Below, in pieces: positions 8,173-18,204 of a stretch of DNA of 64,000 nt. The notes below the pieces were generated by a model. It was not told where the DNA came from and did no database searches. It saw nothing but the letters and a program-made list of their open reading frames with translations. The DNA comes from Candidatus Caldarchaeum sp. (GTDB taxonomy: Archaea; Thermoproteota; Nitrososphaeria_A; Caldarchaeales; Caldarchaeaceae): the NCBI GenBank assembly GCA_038844785.1, contig JAWBRA010000003.1, forward strand, positions 25,383-89,382, given 5' to 3'. Position 1 is the first letter of the stretch, and each line of letters opens with the position of its first letter. The position numbers were made by a program, and so were the translations under genes.

Positions 8173-8796
8173 CTAAACAGCCCCCCACAAATCCTGTAGA
8201 ACGATTTTGTTGGTCTGTTTGAGGGCTTGGTAGGTTGCTCCTATGACTGACAGCGAGGTACGTGTCTCCCCGAAGCTTCTCGTCCAACAGTCTTTTATTC
8301 CAGCGAGCGCTAGAACAACTTTCTGAGCCTCGCCTGCGACAAGCCCGAGACCCCTGGGGCCGGGTAGGACCTGAACCCGAACGCTTCCGTATTTTCCCTC
8401 AGTTTTAACCAGCAGGCTGTGGGGTTCTCCGCATGCACACTCCCAGCTTCCGCATCCTCTTCGGACGGGTATGAGGTTTAGCTTCGCATTCCTTATTGCT
8501 TTCTCGATGGCTAAGACAACCTGTGGAGATTTTCCGGTTCCGATGCCGACGTAGCCGTCCCTGTTGCCTACGACTATCAAGGCCTTAAACCTTGTTTTCT
8601 CACCCGCGTCTGTCTGCCGTTGGACGAGCTTAACGTCTATGACTTCCTGCTCCAGATTTGGCAGCAGTCTATCCACTATCTCAGGCTCCAGTATCCTAGC
8701 ATGGGTTTGGAAAACCTGGTCAATCGAAGTTATCTTCCCCTCCTCCACCAGCCTACCCAGCAGGGTTTTAGGCCTCCATTCGCTCATTTCCTCCAC
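8173..8796 (-). CDS. rps5: 30S ribosomal protein S5
   Basis: WRPKTLLGRLV..QRQTDAGEKTRF..PGPRGLGLVAG. Confidence 0.96.
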   Translation of the reverse strand: MEEMSEWRPKTLLGRLVEEGKITSIDQVFQTHARILEPEIVDRLLPNLEQEVIDVKLVQRQTDAGEKTRFKALIVVGNRDGYVGIGTGKSPQVVLAIEKAIRNAKLNLIPVRRGCGSWECACGEPHSLLVKTEGKYGSVRVQVLPGPRGLGLVAGEAQKVVLALAGIKDCWTRSFGETRTSLSVIGATYQALKQTNKIVLQDLWGAV

Positions 8797-9361
8797 CTCT
8801 CAAGATTTTTTCCTTAACAAGCATGACGTTGGAAGCTAGGTTTCGTAGATATTCTCCGTCAGACTCGCAGAACTGTGTTACGCCTGGTGTTTGAACCGTT
8901 GAGAGATAGTAACTGGTTATGTGTTTTCCAACCAGCCTTTCCTCGTCGGGCAACATCTCCTCCGAGGCTGGAACCTCCATGCCTGCGTCTAGAACACCTT
9001 TGACGACGGCGTAGAGACGCGAGCCTTTAACCGACCTTTGGACACCTATGTCCAAAATGGCTTTTTTAAACCCGTTTTCCAAGGCTTTCTTACCGAGCAG
9101 CAACCCTGTCAGATAGGCTGCCGGGGTTGATTTGAAAGAGGCTCTCCAGCCATAGTGGACGAGAACGTCGGATGTGACAGTTAGCAGAGTCTCATCTCCT
9201 CCTAGCTTTGATTTCACAAGCTGGACTATGAGCCGTCTGTTTGTACGTCTGACGACCAGCCTTTCGAGGCCTGATTTCACCAGCTTGAGTCTTTTCCTGT
9301 AGTCGGTTCTCCCCTCCCTTCTTCTCCTCGGCTTCATCCTCTTCAACATGTAAGCTGTCAT
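8768..9361 (-). CDS. rpl18: 50S ribosomal protein L18
   Basis: RRRREGRTDYRKRLKL..TPAAYLTGLL. Confidence 0.95.
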   Translation of the reverse strand: MTAYMLKRMKPRRRREGRTDYRKRLKLVKSGLERLVVRRTNRRLIVQLVKSKLGGDETLLTVTSDVLVHYGWRASFKSTPAAYLTGLLLGKKALENGFKKAILDIGVQRSVKGSRLYAVVKGVLDAGMEVPASEEMLPDEERLVGKHITSYYLSTVQTPGVTQFCESDGEYLRNLASNVMLVKEKILRGGGNERMEA

Positions 9362-9795
9362 CCTACCACCCTCTTCAACAACCCCCTGGCTTTGATGAAT
9401 TCCCTTAGAGATGCAACGGACTTGAAGTTGCCCGCTTTGACGTAGGCGTAGAGCTGGCGGTAGTCGCTACTTTCTAGCTGTCCTTGGTCACGTAACTTTT
9501 TCAAAAACCTACGCTGAGCCCTAACCCTGCGCATCCACTGTAGTTTACGCGGGATAATCGAGTATTTTGCCCCCTCCCTGCTTCCTGGGCCGCGTCTGCG
9601 TCTCTCTCTAACCCGGGCTCTGCTGACGCCTTTTGAGGGAAGTTTCTGTATGGCACCGTCTCTTATCAACTGTTTAATCTCGGCGCGTGTTATGGCGGAC
9701 TCTATCTCGTCAAGCCTTTCGGGGTCGAACCTGACCCTTGACACGCCGCATTTCATCAACTCCGCTGCAATCCTCTTCTGAAACTCTAAGGTCAT
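9358..9795 (-). CDS. rpl19e: 50S ribosomal protein L19e
   Basis: QKRIAAELMKCGVSRV..GPGSREG. Confidence 0.95.
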   Translation of the reverse strand: MTLEFQKRIAAELMKCGVSRVRFDPERLDEIESAITRAEIKQLIRDGAIQKLPSKGVSRARVRERRRRGPGSREGAKYSIIPRKLQWMRRVRAQRRFLKKLRDQGQLESSDYRQLYAYVKAGNFKSVASLREFIKARGLLKRVVG

Positions 9796-10187
9796 GGACT
9801 AGCCGCCTCCTGTCTGACGGGCGGGTTCAAAACTTTAAACCCTTTGCCAACGGCCAGCTGGTACAGCAACAGCTTTTTTCTCCTCCCAAGCTTAGAGGAC
9901 AGCCTGACTGCATCTTTTTCCGGCGAGAGTTTCTCTAGCTGAGATGCCTCCGTCACAAGAACGTCTCTGTAGCCCGATGGATGGATGCCTCTGTATGTGG
10001 CTGGGCTTCCGTAGCCTATCTTGACAAGCGGAGGCGAGCCGCTTTTCTGCAGCCTCATCCTACTGTCTTTCCCCCTGGGTCTTCTGTAGCCGGTCTGGAG
10101 CCTGACATAGCGCCAGCTCTCCTGCCTCACGAATTTTGGCGTAGCTGTTCTTTTTTTAAGAATTATACGCGGCAGCATTTTCATCAC
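9792..10187 (-). CDS. rpl32e: 50S ribosomal protein L32e
   Basis: FVRQESWRY..RRPRGKDS..IHPSGY. Confidence 0.95.
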   Translation of the reverse strand: MMKMLPRIILKKRTATPKFVRQESWRYVRLQTGYRRPRGKDSRMRLQKSGSPPLVKIGYGSPATYRGIHPSGYRDVLVTEASQLEKLSPEKDAVRLSSKLGRRKKLLLYQLAVGKGFKVLNPPVRQEAASP

Positions 10188-10726
10188 ATTCCTACCTTCT
10201 TCTCCATCACGTATATCCCGTCGAGAAACTTTCGCGGGTCTTTCCGGCTTATCTTCGTAGCGTTTTCGATGTTGGCTGCTGTTTGGCCCACGCTCTCCTT
10301 GTCAACACCAGTGATGATTATCTCGTCGCCTTTGACGGAAACACTGACGTCGCCAACTATCGAAGCTCTTCTACTATATCTCTCTCCAATGAAGTTTGAA
10401 ATAACAACCTCTCTTCCAACAACCTTCACGGTTATGGGGAAGTGAGATGACACAACCTTCATTCTGTAGGTATAGCCTTTTGAGACGCCTTCGACTGCGT
10501 TGCGGATGATGGAAAGTACAGTCCCGAGAAGGGCTTTAGATTTACGGGACCCGCCAGGTATCTTAACATCAACCTTGTTATCGCTGATTTTTATCTCTGC
10601 GGGTATGTGGCGAAGGTCTTTGACAACACGGCCCTTCTGCCCCTCCACCACCAGAACCCCTGAGTCGAAGCTGACGGAGACTTTTTCAGGAATTGTATAG
10701 GATGCCTCAACCATTTTAGTAGACAT
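10184..10726 (-). CDS. rpl6: 50S ribosomal protein L6
   Basis: SHFPITV..VGQTAANIE..KDPRKFLDGIY. Confidence 0.95.
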   Translation of the reverse strand: MSTKMVEASYTIPEKVSVSFDSGVLVVEGQKGRVVKDLRHIPAEIKISDNKVDVKIPGGSRKSKALLGTVLSIIRNAVEGVSKGYTYRMKVVSSHFPITVKVVGREVVISNFIGERYSRRASIVGDVSVSVKGDEIIITGVDKESVGQTAANIENATKISRKDPRKFLDGIYVMEKKVGM

Positions 10727-11099
10727 ATCCCAGCAACCTCCCTCCCGTGTGAATTTTTTTGGCCTCGTCATGGGACATAATTCCTTTTGGCGTCGTCACG
10801 ACAAGTACGCCGACACCTCTTCCAGGCAGATAACGTTGCTCGAAGAACTCGTACTGGTCGGCTTTAACGTTAAACCTCGGCCTTATGGGTGCAGACTTGT
10901 TGACACGCCCCAGCAGCTGCACTTTGAAAAGGCCGCCACGGCCGTTCTCTATGTACTCGAACGCGCCTATGTAACCTTTCCTTTGCAAAACCTTCAGTAT
11001 CTCTCCAACAAGCTTCGAGGCCTTGACGATGCATTCGTGGTTACGAACCATTTCGTTGTTTTGAATTGTTGTGAACAACGCTGAAACAAGGTCTGTCAT
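10716..11099 (-). CDS. rps8: 30S ribosomal protein S8
   Basis: GYIGAFEYI..VTTPKGIMSH..GGRLLGYVY. Confidence 0.95.
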   Translation of the reverse strand: MTDLVSALFTTIQNNEMVRNHECIVKASKLVGEILKVLQRKGYIGAFEYIENGRGGLFKVQLLGRVNKSAPIRPRFNVKADQYEFFEQRYLPGRGVGVLVVTTPKGIMSHDEAKKIHTGGRLLGYVY

Positions 11100-11109
11100 A
11101 AGAGATCAC

Positions 11110-11271
11110 CTAATCATAAACTTTGAACCCAAGCTTAGGGCCAATTTCGTTTATGCATCTTCTACAAATGTACAATCCATATTTTCTTATTACCCCAACG
11201 CTTGTTCCGCATCTTCTGCAGACGTGCACCCCTTTGCCGAACTTTCTTTGCTTCGGTGGTTTATGCTTCAT
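11110..11271 (-). CDS. rps14: 30S ribosomal protein S14 (zinc type), missing from the ORF track
   Basis: Manual translation MKHKPPKQRKFGKGVHVCRRCG..IRKYGLYICRRC..LGFKVYD. Confidence 0.95.
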   Translation of the reverse strand: MKHKPPKQRKFGKGVHVCRRCGTSVGVIRKYGLYICRRCINEIGPKLGFKVYD

Positions 11272-11801
11272 TCCTCAACCACCGTAACTCCCAGCGACTT
11301 GACAAACTCCATGGCCTCATCACGCGTGACTAGCTGGCGTTTCCCTATTTTAGCCCGTCGGTAAGCTCTCTTAGCCACCCGGTAGCCTGGTTTTGTCAAG
11401 TGAACCGTCACGTCCATACCTATAATTCCCAGCTCGGGGTCGTAGCGTGTTCCGGGGATGTCCAAGTGCTCTTTTATTCCGAAGGATACGTTGCCGTACT
11501 GGTCGAAGCTTGAAGCTTTCAGAGTGTTGTTTACGGCTGAAAGAGCTCTTCTGAGAAAATCAACAGCCGCCTGCTTCCGCAGTGTTACGCGTAAGGCTAT
11601 TGGCTCTCCTTTGTGGATGCCGAACCCTCTAATCGTCTTCCTCGCCTTCCTAACCTCAGGTTTCTGACCAACCAATGCTTCGAGGATTTTCTGTGCTCTC
11701 TCAAGCCGTACACCCCCCTCACCCACGCTGCAGTTGACGACGACCTTTTCAATATGGGGCCTTTGCATGATGTTTTTGACGGCTATGGCAGCGTTATCCA
11801 T
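11268..11801 (-). CDS. rpl5: 50S ribosomal protein L5
   Basis: IEKVVVNCSVG..SFGIKEHLDIPG.YDPELGIIGMD. Confidence 0.96.
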   Translation of the reverse strand: MDNAAIAVKNIMQRPHIEKVVVNCSVGEGGVRLERAQKILEALVGQKPEVRKARKTIRGFGIHKGEPIALRVTLRKQAAVDFLRRALSAVNNTLKASSFDQYGNVSFGIKEHLDIPGTRYDPELGIIGMDVTVHLTKPGYRVAKRAYRRAKIGKRQLVTRDEAMEFVKSLGVTVVEE

Positions 11802-12499
11802 GGTTTCTCCACACCTATGGGCATGATGTTCTTCAACAGCGTGGTCACGGTTCCCTCGCTTGTCTCAACAGAGGCTGTGGGCTTGTCTGGAAACGTCACC
11901 TCCTTCCTAATCTTCAACACTCTGCCGTGTAGTCCCGCCCTCGAGCCTGAATGAATGTATCCATAAACTCCCAGTTCGAATGAGGCGGCTTCCAAAATCC
12001 TTTGGTCTGGAAGGGAGATCTTGACGCCGTCGAGTATCTTATACGCACGTCCTTTATCCACGTCTTCGCCGCGGAAAAGTATTGTTCTTCCGTCGTGTAA
12101 TCCCAGGGTCAACCCACCTCCTTTTACGTGGTTCTTCCTCAGTACTTGACATACCTTGAACCCGGATTCTTCGCCTGTTATCTTGAACAGGCTTACGCCT
12201 TTACCAACCTTTATCAACACTCTGTAATGCTCTCCGACTTCGGGGATTGAAAGAACATCCATAAGCCCCAGGGGAAAACGCGGATCCTTAACAGCTCTTC
12301 CGTCGACGTAGAACTTACAGGCTTTTATGAGCTTTCTCGCCGTTGCCCCGTCATCAGCGTATCCAAGCATGTCTCTGACGGCTATCAACAATGGTATTGA
12401 CTTGTTTTTGGGATGCGGCCCGGGTCTTGGGCTTACTGTGAAAACCGTCGGTTTTTTGGGAAAGTGTCGGGGTGCGGCGAGAGATTTCAAATGTGTCAT
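11783..12499 (-). CDS. rps4e: 30S ribosomal protein S4e
   Basis: HLKSLAAP..PGPH..FPLGLMDV. Confidence 0.94.
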   Translation of the reverse strand: MTHLKSLAAPRHFPKKPTVFTVSPRPGPHPKNKSIPLLIAVRDMLGYADDGATARKLIKACKFYVDGRAVKDPRFPLGLMDVLSIPEVGEHYRVLIKVGKGVSLFKITGEESGFKVCQVLRKNHVKGGGLTLGLHDGRTILFRGEDVDKGRAYKILDGVKISLPDQRILEAASFELGVYGYIHSGSRAGLHGRVLKIRKEVTFPDKPTASVETSEGTVTTLLKNIMPIGVEKPWITLP

Positions 12500-12864
12500 G
12501 CAGCCTTCGCCTCCAGCTTTTCTTTCCTATATTTGTCGTCTAAGTTGAGCTGGGTCAGCATCACGTTGGGCACCCGTATCGGTACGTCAACTGTGGAGCC
12601 GTCGGCCTTTTTACGAGAGACGTTCTCTACGTAAACCATCTGACGTCTTAGGTCTACTCTCTTAACCTTTCCCTCAACACCTTTAAAGCTTCCTTTCAAA
12701 ATCTTCACAGTATCTCCAACCCTAAGCGGGAGAGATCGTCTGCCATACTTTTCTCTAAGGCTCGGTGAGAGATGCGCGGACATGAATTTCTTCAGAATGT
12801 GTATTGGTGCGTTAAACCGTTTGAAACGCTGTTTACGTGGTTTACGTGACGGCATTATCCACAC
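12496..12864 (-). CDS. rpl24: 50S ribosomal protein L24
   Basis: SRKPRKQR..LREKYGRRSLPLRVGDTV KOW motif. Confidence 0.95.
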   Translation of the reverse strand: MWIMPSRKPRKQRFKRFNAPIHILKKFMSAHLSPSLREKYGRRSLPLRVGDTVKILKGSFKGVEGKVKRVDLRRQMVYVENVSRKKADGSTVDVPIRVPNVMLTQLNLDDKYRKEKLEAKAA

Positions 12865-12865
12865 C

Positions 12866-13300
12866 TCACACGATTATGCTCGCCGCATTCGCTATTCTGG
12901 GCCAGCGTTCTGCCGCCTCCTTCGCAACAGGTCCCTTTATCTCTGTGCCTTTCAAGTCGCCTTCGGGGGTTATCATCACAGCGGCCGTGTCCTCGAAGCT
13001 TATCCATGTTCCGTCGCTTCGGCGGTAAGGCTTCCTCTGCCTAATCAGAACGGCGTGCATGGGTTTCTTCCTCAGGTCTATAGGGCCTTTCTTAACCGTG
13101 ACGCTTAGCATGTCTCCTACGCATGCTGCTGGCACGCGTCTTAACCTGGTTGATATGCCGTGTATTTGGATGATTTTGAGAACTTGGGCTCCTGAGTTGT
13201 CGGCACAGTTGACGAGAGAACCTAGAACAACCGTTCTGGGGATGTTGGGTTTTCGCTCCAGAATACCAACTGCTGCAACAGCTCTAGACCGCTTCGCCAT
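12866..13300 (-). CDS. rpl14: 50S ribosomal protein L14
   Basis: CADNSGA..IRQRKPYRR..FEDTAAV..GPVAKEA. Confidence 0.96.
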   Translation of the reverse strand: MAKRSRAVAAVGILERKPNIPRTVVLGSLVNCADNSGAQVLKIIQIHGISTRLRRVPAACVGDMLSVTVKKGPIDLRKKPMHAVLIRQRKPYRRSDGTWISFEDTAAVMITPEGDLKGTEIKGPVAKEAAERWPRIANAASIIV

Positions 13301-13302
13301 AC

Positions 13303-13632
13303 CTACACCACCTTCTCCAACACAACAAAGCTAACAGTCTTGCTTAAAGGCCTGCATTCACCTATGCGGACTTTGTCGCCAACTTCAACATCAAGACATG
13401 GAGGAAGATGGGCGGAGATCCGTGACCTTCTCCTTTCGTAGCGTTTAAACTTCCTGATGTAAATTTGGTACTTCTTCTCGACGACAACGGTCTTGCTCAT
13501 CTTCTTTTTTATTATGGTGCCGGTTATCAATATCCCTCTTACAGGTAGCCCTCCGTGGAAGGGGCAGTCCCTGTCCTCACATGTCCGCGAGGGTGGTCTG
13601 ACGGGAATACCGATGTTTCTTACCGAGCTCAT
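13303..13632 (-). CDS. rps17: 30S ribosomal protein S17
   Basis: CEDRDCPFHG..GECRPLSKTVSF. Confidence 0.96.
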   Translation of the reverse strand: MSSVRNIGIPVRPPSRTCEDRDCPFHGGLPVRGILITGTIIKKKMSKTVVVEKKYQIYIRKFKRYERRRSRISAHLPPCLDVEVGDKVRIGECRPLSKTVSFVVLEKVV

Positions 13633-13633
13633 T

Positions 13634-13888
13634 TTATTTCACCCTTGTCAGTCTTTCGAAAGGTCTACCTACGAGTTTGGAGCCTTCGATTTTAACCTCA
13701 TTACCGTCTTCCAAGACTATGTTTAAAAGGCTCCCAGCCTTGGGGATGGTTTTTTCGTTTTTGCTGGTTTTTATGGTTAACGTGTTGCGGGTTTCCCTCA
13801 CGATTGTCCCTGCAAAAGACTGTCCGTTGTAGTATGCTCTTGCCGTCAAACCCAGCAGTAAGATGTTTGCAGGGTGTTTATTTGACAT
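13634..13888 (-). CDS. rnp1: RNase P protein Rpp29 (Pop4)
   Basis: GTIVRETRNTL..IPK..G.KLVGRPFER; conserved position between L29 and S17. Confidence 0.88.
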   Translation of the reverse strand: MSNKHPANILLLGLTARAYYNGQSFAGTIVRETRNTLTIKTSKNEKTIPKAGSLLNIVLEDGNEVKIEGSKLVGRPFERLTRVK

Positions 13889-14087
13889 TTTTAGCCATCT
13901 CTCTTTCCCGAAGGATCGTGTATGCTCTGGCTATGCTTCTTCTTAAAAGCTTCACCCTGGCGGGGTTTTGTACACCGCCACCTGTACCTATTTCGGTCCT
14001 TACCTTACGCAGCTCCGATTTGAGTTCCTCGATTTTTTCCCTGAGTTCTTCGTCAGCTAGCTCCCTAAGCTCCTTGAGCTCCCTCAA
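13878..14087 (-). CDS. rpl29: 50S ribosomal protein L29
   Basis: ELRE..NPARVKLLRRSIAR. Confidence 0.93.
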   Translation of the reverse strand: MRELKELRELADEELREKIEELKSELRKVRTEIGTGGGVQNPARVKLLRRSIARAYTILREREMAKNVK

Positions 14088-14679
14088 CGGTTTTCACCCT
14101 GATCTCTTCCGGAAGAGGTGCGTCGGGTGGGTATATCAAGACCCTGACCCCGAAAACACCTGTCTTGAGCTTGACGGAAGCTTTTCCCTCGATGACGTAA
14201 TCCATCGCAAGCTCGCCCGACTTCGGCATAAAGCCATCTGTGAATTTCTCTGTCCTAGCCCTGGCGGATGTGAGCTTTCCGCTTATGTGCACCTCGACTC
14301 CTTTCGCACCAGCTTCCATTATCCTCCTAACCGCCCAGAAGCCAACCCTCCTGTACCTGACACCCCTCTCCAAATCCTGCGCTATCCTCTCAGCCATAAC
14401 GTAGGGGTTGAGTTCAGGAACCTCCACTTCAACGACTGTGACAACCGGGTTCTCCACTTGGAACTTTTTCTCCAAAGTCTCGGTTATCTCTTTTATGACC
14501 TTCCCTTTAGGACCTATCACACGGCTTGGCCGCATGGCGTAGATTGTCACACGCGTGCCAATGGGAGTTAAACTAATGCTCACTCCGCCGAAAAGCGCAG
14601 ACCTCAGCTTCTCCCGAAGATACTCTTCGATGTCGGCTTTCTTTATACGTGTTTGTAGAATCTGTTTGATTATAGTCAT
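14065..14679 (-). CDS. rps3: 30S ribosomal protein S3
   Basis: KH domain VIGPKG, IMEAGAKGVEV.ISGKL. Confidence 0.95.
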   Translation of the reverse strand: MTIIKQILQTRIKKADIEEYLREKLRSALFGGVSISLTPIGTRVTIYAMRPSRVIGPKGKVIKEITETLEKKFQVENPVVTVVEVEVPELNPYVMAERIAQDLERGVRYRRVGFWAVRRIMEAGAKGVEVHISGKLTSARARTEKFTDGFMPKSGELAMDYVIEGKASVKLKTGVFGVRVLIYPPDAPLPEEIRVKTVEGAQGA

Positions 14680-15134
14680 TTCTCAGCCACCGCCGCTAGC
14701 TCGATGTGGACGTATGTTTTGTTGTAAGGGCTGGAGCGTCCGAAAGCTCTTTCGATAAATTTTCTCACAACACGGCCTTTATGAGAGGCCGCGTGAACTA
14801 TCCTGGTTTTCTCCGGGTCGAGGCCTTTAAACTCAGCGTTTGCCTCGAGGCTTTCCAACAGCCTCAGCATGTGCTTAGATACTTTCACAGGATATCCTCC
14901 AGGGCCTTTCGTCTCAGCATGGTGAGCCCTCTTCTTAACGTGTCGGCTATACCTTATCATACGCTTGCCTTCCACAACGCTTTCTAGAAGTTTTCTTGCA
15001 TCGGGTATCGTGAGGCCTTTTATCGCTTTACAAACTTCTCTAGCCCATTTGGGCGATACGTCGACCTCCCGCAGGCTAGCTCTTACTTCATTTTCCTTCT
15101 CGCCTATAGCCGTCGAGTATCCCCATTTTGGCAT
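14676..15134 (-). CDS. rpl22: 50S ribosomal protein L22
   Basis: REVCKAIKG..GGYPVK..ANAEFKGLD..RAFGR. Confidence 0.95.
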   Translation of the reverse strand: MPKWGYSTAIGEKENEVRASLREVDVSPKWAREVCKAIKGLTIPDARKLLESVVEGKRMIRYSRHVKKRAHHAETKGPGGYPVKVSKHMLRLLESLEANAEFKGLDPEKTRIVHAASHKGRVVRKFIERAFGRSSPYNKTYVHIELAAVAEK

Positions 15135-15229
15135 GTTATCGTCTAAGCCTAACCACTAACAGCGTCACGTTATAAACATATCTAGCAGGCCCAGCAAGGC
15201 TTAAACAATCCAGCATAATAGATACTGAC

Positions 15230-16207
15230 GTGGAGTTAAAGAGGTCTGTCCAGTTCACAGGCGGGAGCTCCTACACGGTAACGCTGCCCAAAAACTGGGT
15301 TAAACGTATGGGGATAAAAAAAGGCTCCCTAGTCTCCATCAAGCCGACTGAAGACGGCGGCATTTTACTCTACCCTGAAAAGATAGAGCTCAAACAAGAG
15401 TCTGAGGTGGAGATAGTTTTAGGCCCTCACGTGGGCCAGATGATTGTTGGGGCATACCTTTACGGCTATAATCTGATAAAAATCAAGTCGCCGACGCCGA
15501 TGACGGATGAAGAGCTAGCTGAGGTCAAAAAAGTTGTGAGAGGGTTGGCTGGAGCAGAGATAGTTGACGAAACACCGGCAAAAATAGAGGTTCAGGTAGT
15601 GCTCGACAAGGAGCTTGTGGCTCCGGAGAAGATGCTGAGACGGCAGCATACCCTTGTTTTAGGCATGCTTGAGAACGCGGTTGATGCTTTGGTGAAGAAA
15701 AACCTCTCCCTCGCCAAGCTTGCTGCACAAAGCGACGAAGAGGTAGACCGTCTCTACTTCACGCTCGTCAGAGTCATCAGGTCGGCGGTAATAGACCCGG
15801 TGCTCGCGAAAAAACTCAACACCTCGCCCCTGACCTTGCTGGACCTGAGGGTGGCAGCTAAGTTCATAGAAGACGCGGGCGACCAAGCGTCGGAAATAGC
15901 TAAAGTAGCGGTGAAAGCCAACAAGGAGTTCAACGACGATGTGTTGAAGGAATTGAAGACGCTCGCGGGCTTAATTCTATCGATGGAGGCGGGGCCTTTA
16001 GACGCTTTGTTCAGCCGAGACATAGAAAAGATAGCCAGAATCACAGGCATAAGGTCAGAGTTTCTCAAACGCGGCGACTTGTTCCTCAGAAAAACACCAT
16101 ACACTCCCAACACTTTCGCCACCTTCAAAATATACTCACATTTGGCGAAAATATGCGAGGATTTCTCCGACATAGCCGAGCTTGGGCTGCCGCTGAAAAC
16201 AGCATGA
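15230..16207 (+). CDS. AbrB-PhoU domain regulator
   Basis: RSVQFTGGSSYTVTLPKNW AbrB domain; DEEVDRLYF PhoU repeats. Confidence 0.88.
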   Translation: MELKRSVQFTGGSSYTVTLPKNWVKRMGIKKGSLVSIKPTEDGGILLYPEKIELKQESEVEIVLGPHVGQMIVGAYLYGYNLIKIKSPTPMTDEELAEVKKVVRGLAGAEIVDETPAKIEVQVVLDKELVAPEKMLRRQHTLVLGMLENAVDALVKKNLSLAKLAAQSDEEVDRLYFTLVRVIRSAVIDPVLAKKLNTSPLTLLDLRVAAKFIEDAGDQASEIAKVAVKANKEFNDDVLKELKTLAGLILSMEAGPLDALFSRDIEKIARITGIRSEFLKRGDLFLRKTPYTPNTFATFKIYSHLAKICEDFSDIAELGLPLKTA

Positions 16208-16239
16208 TGTTTAAAGCTTGCTGAATACAGTTTTCAGGT

Positions 16240-17244
16240 ATGAGCGAAAAACCCTTTGACGTCTACGACATCACAATTATCGGAGCTGGGCCGATAGGCT
16301 TGTTCGCCGCCTTCTACGCAGCGGGCATGAGGGGGATGAAAACGAAGGTGATTGAAGCCCTAGACGTTTATGGGGGGCAGCTGACGATGCTTTATCCCGA
16401 CAAATTCATCTACGATGTGGCGGGGTTTCCAAAAATAATGGCCAGAGATCTAGCCAAACAGCTCTACGAACAGGCTACGGCCTACAAGCCTTTGATATTG
16501 TTTTCCGAAAAAGTCTTAAACCTCACAAGGCTTGACGGTGGGATTATTGAGCTGACAACGGATAAAGGTGTTCATTTTTCCAAAACAGTTTTGATAGCGG
16601 CTGGACACGGTGCGTTCACCCCGCGAAAGCTCGGCAACCCCTCTGTTGAAAGGTTTGAAAACAAGGGGGTTTACTACACGGTCCGCGATAAATGGGAGTT
16701 CAGGGGCAAGAGAGTTGTAATAGTCGGGGGAGGAGACTCGGCTGTTGACTGGGCTCTAAACCTCAAAGACATAGCTGAAGAAACTTACTTGGTTCACAGA
16801 AGGACGGAGTTCAGAGCCCATGAAGGAAGCGTCATAGAGTTGTTCCACTCACCTGTAAAGGTCCTCGTGCCCTACGAGGTAAAGGAAGCATATGGCTCCG
16901 ACACCCTCGAAGCGGTAAAGGTCTTCAACAACAAGACCGGCGAAGAAATGATTATACAGTGTGACGCGCTGCTCCTGCAGCTAGGTCACATAGTAGATGT
17001 CTCTCTTTTCAAAAAATGGGGGCTTGAGATGGAGGGAAACGCGATAAAAATCAACGCAAGGTGTGAAACCAACATACCAGGCGTTTACGCCGCGGGAGAC
17101 ATTGCATACCAGCCCGATTCTGTTAAGCTAGCCTTGCTTGTGATTGGTTTCGCGCAGGCAGCCATAGCTGTAAACGTCGCCAAAAACTACATCGACCCGA
17201 AGTCGAGCTACTTCCCAGGCCACAGCTCAGAAAGGAGGATGTGA
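16240..17244 (+). CDS. Ferredoxin-NADP+ reductase (TrxR-like, no CxxC)
   Basis: GAGPIG, GGQL..LYPDKFIYDVAGFP, GGGDSAVDW, C-terminal PGHSS. Confidence 0.88.
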   Translation: MSEKPFDVYDITIIGAGPIGLFAAFYAAGMRGMKTKVIEALDVYGGQLTMLYPDKFIYDVAGFPKIMARDLAKQLYEQATAYKPLILFSEKVLNLTRLDGGIIELTTDKGVHFSKTVLIAAGHGAFTPRKLGNPSVERFENKGVYYTVRDKWEFRGKRVVIVGGGDSAVDWALNLKDIAEETYLVHRRTEFRAHEGSVIELFHSPVKVLVPYEVKEAYGSDTLEAVKVFNNKTGEEMIIQCDALLLQLGHIVDVSLFKKWGLEMEGNAIKINARCETNIPGVYAAGDIAYQPDSVKLALLVIGFAQAAIAVNVAKNYIDPKSSYFPGHSSERRM

Positions 17245-17247
17245 CTG

Positions 17248-18204
17248 GTGAAGGTTCGAGCTTATCTCGTGGGAGCCTTTCCCAGAACAACTTCACTCAT
17301 AAAATCCTTCAGAGATTTTGCAAAAGGAAAAATATCCTACGATCAGCTTTCCGCTGAAATAGACCTAACTGTAAGACAGATAGTCAGCCTACAGCTGGAG
17401 AACAACCTCACCTACATATCTGACGGGATGTTGACGTGGGACGATCTTTTCAGACCCGTCGCTCTTTCCCTGAACGGGGTCATCATAGACGGTTTATCAA
17501 GATGGTTTGACAACAACTTTTTCTTCAAAAAACCGGTCATCGTCGAAGAAATATCCGTAAAGAAAACACTTGACAGTTTTTTCTTCAACAGGATGGCATT
17601 ACACGGCTTGAGTGCTAAGGCGGTGCTGCCCGACCCTTTTACGATGGCTAAACTTTCGGAGAACAAAACAAGTCACAGGTTTGAGGAAATTGCTTACCAG
17701 CTCGCCGATGCTATATCCCAGCTTGCATCAGGTCTTGACGGAGCTGTTCAAATACAGCTGACCGCTCCCGCACTTGTATCAGGCAAACTTTCCCGAGACG
17801 AGCTGGAGTTGGCGAAAGAATGCGTAAAAATAGTAAAGCGTAGGGTGGCTGGCGAGCTGCTGCTACACATGCCCCTCGGCTCAGCCTCAGCAGTCTTCCA
17901 CCAAGTGCTGGACTTTTCAGCAGACGTCATAGGCATCGACCTTTACAAAACATCCCTAAACCAAATTACGGAGCACACCATCAGTAAAAAGCTGTTTCTA
18001 GGTGTTCTCGATGGACGGAACACCCTGATGGAATCAAACGAGACCGTTTTAGAAACGCTGTCTCAGGTGTTCACGAGAACAGGGTTGAAAGAATTGGACA
18101 TAGGCCCGTCCTGCGAGCTTGAATTCCTCCCATACGAGATCGCCGTGGAAAAGGTTAGAAAGCTAGGTGAGCTGAAAAGGCTGGCGGGTGATAAACTCGG
18201 TTGA
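17248..18204 (+). CDS. Cobalamin-independent methionine synthase-like protein (N-half paralog)
   Basis: GAFPR, SDGMLTWDDLFRP, RWFDNNFFFKKP, LGVLDGRN. Confidence 0.8.
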   Translation: MKVRAYLVGAFPRTTSLIKSFRDFAKGKISYDQLSAEIDLTVRQIVSLQLENNLTYISDGMLTWDDLFRPVALSLNGVIIDGLSRWFDNNFFFKKPVIVEEISVKKTLDSFFFNRMALHGLSAKAVLPDPFTMAKLSENKTSHRFEEIAYQLADAISQLASGLDGAVQIQLTAPALVSGKLSRDELELAKECVKIVKRRVAGELLLHMPLGSASAVFHQVLDFSADVIGIDLYKTSLNQITEHTISKKLFLGVLDGRNTLMESNETVLETLSQVFTRTGLKELDIGPSCELEFLPYEIAVEKVRKLGELKRLAGDKLG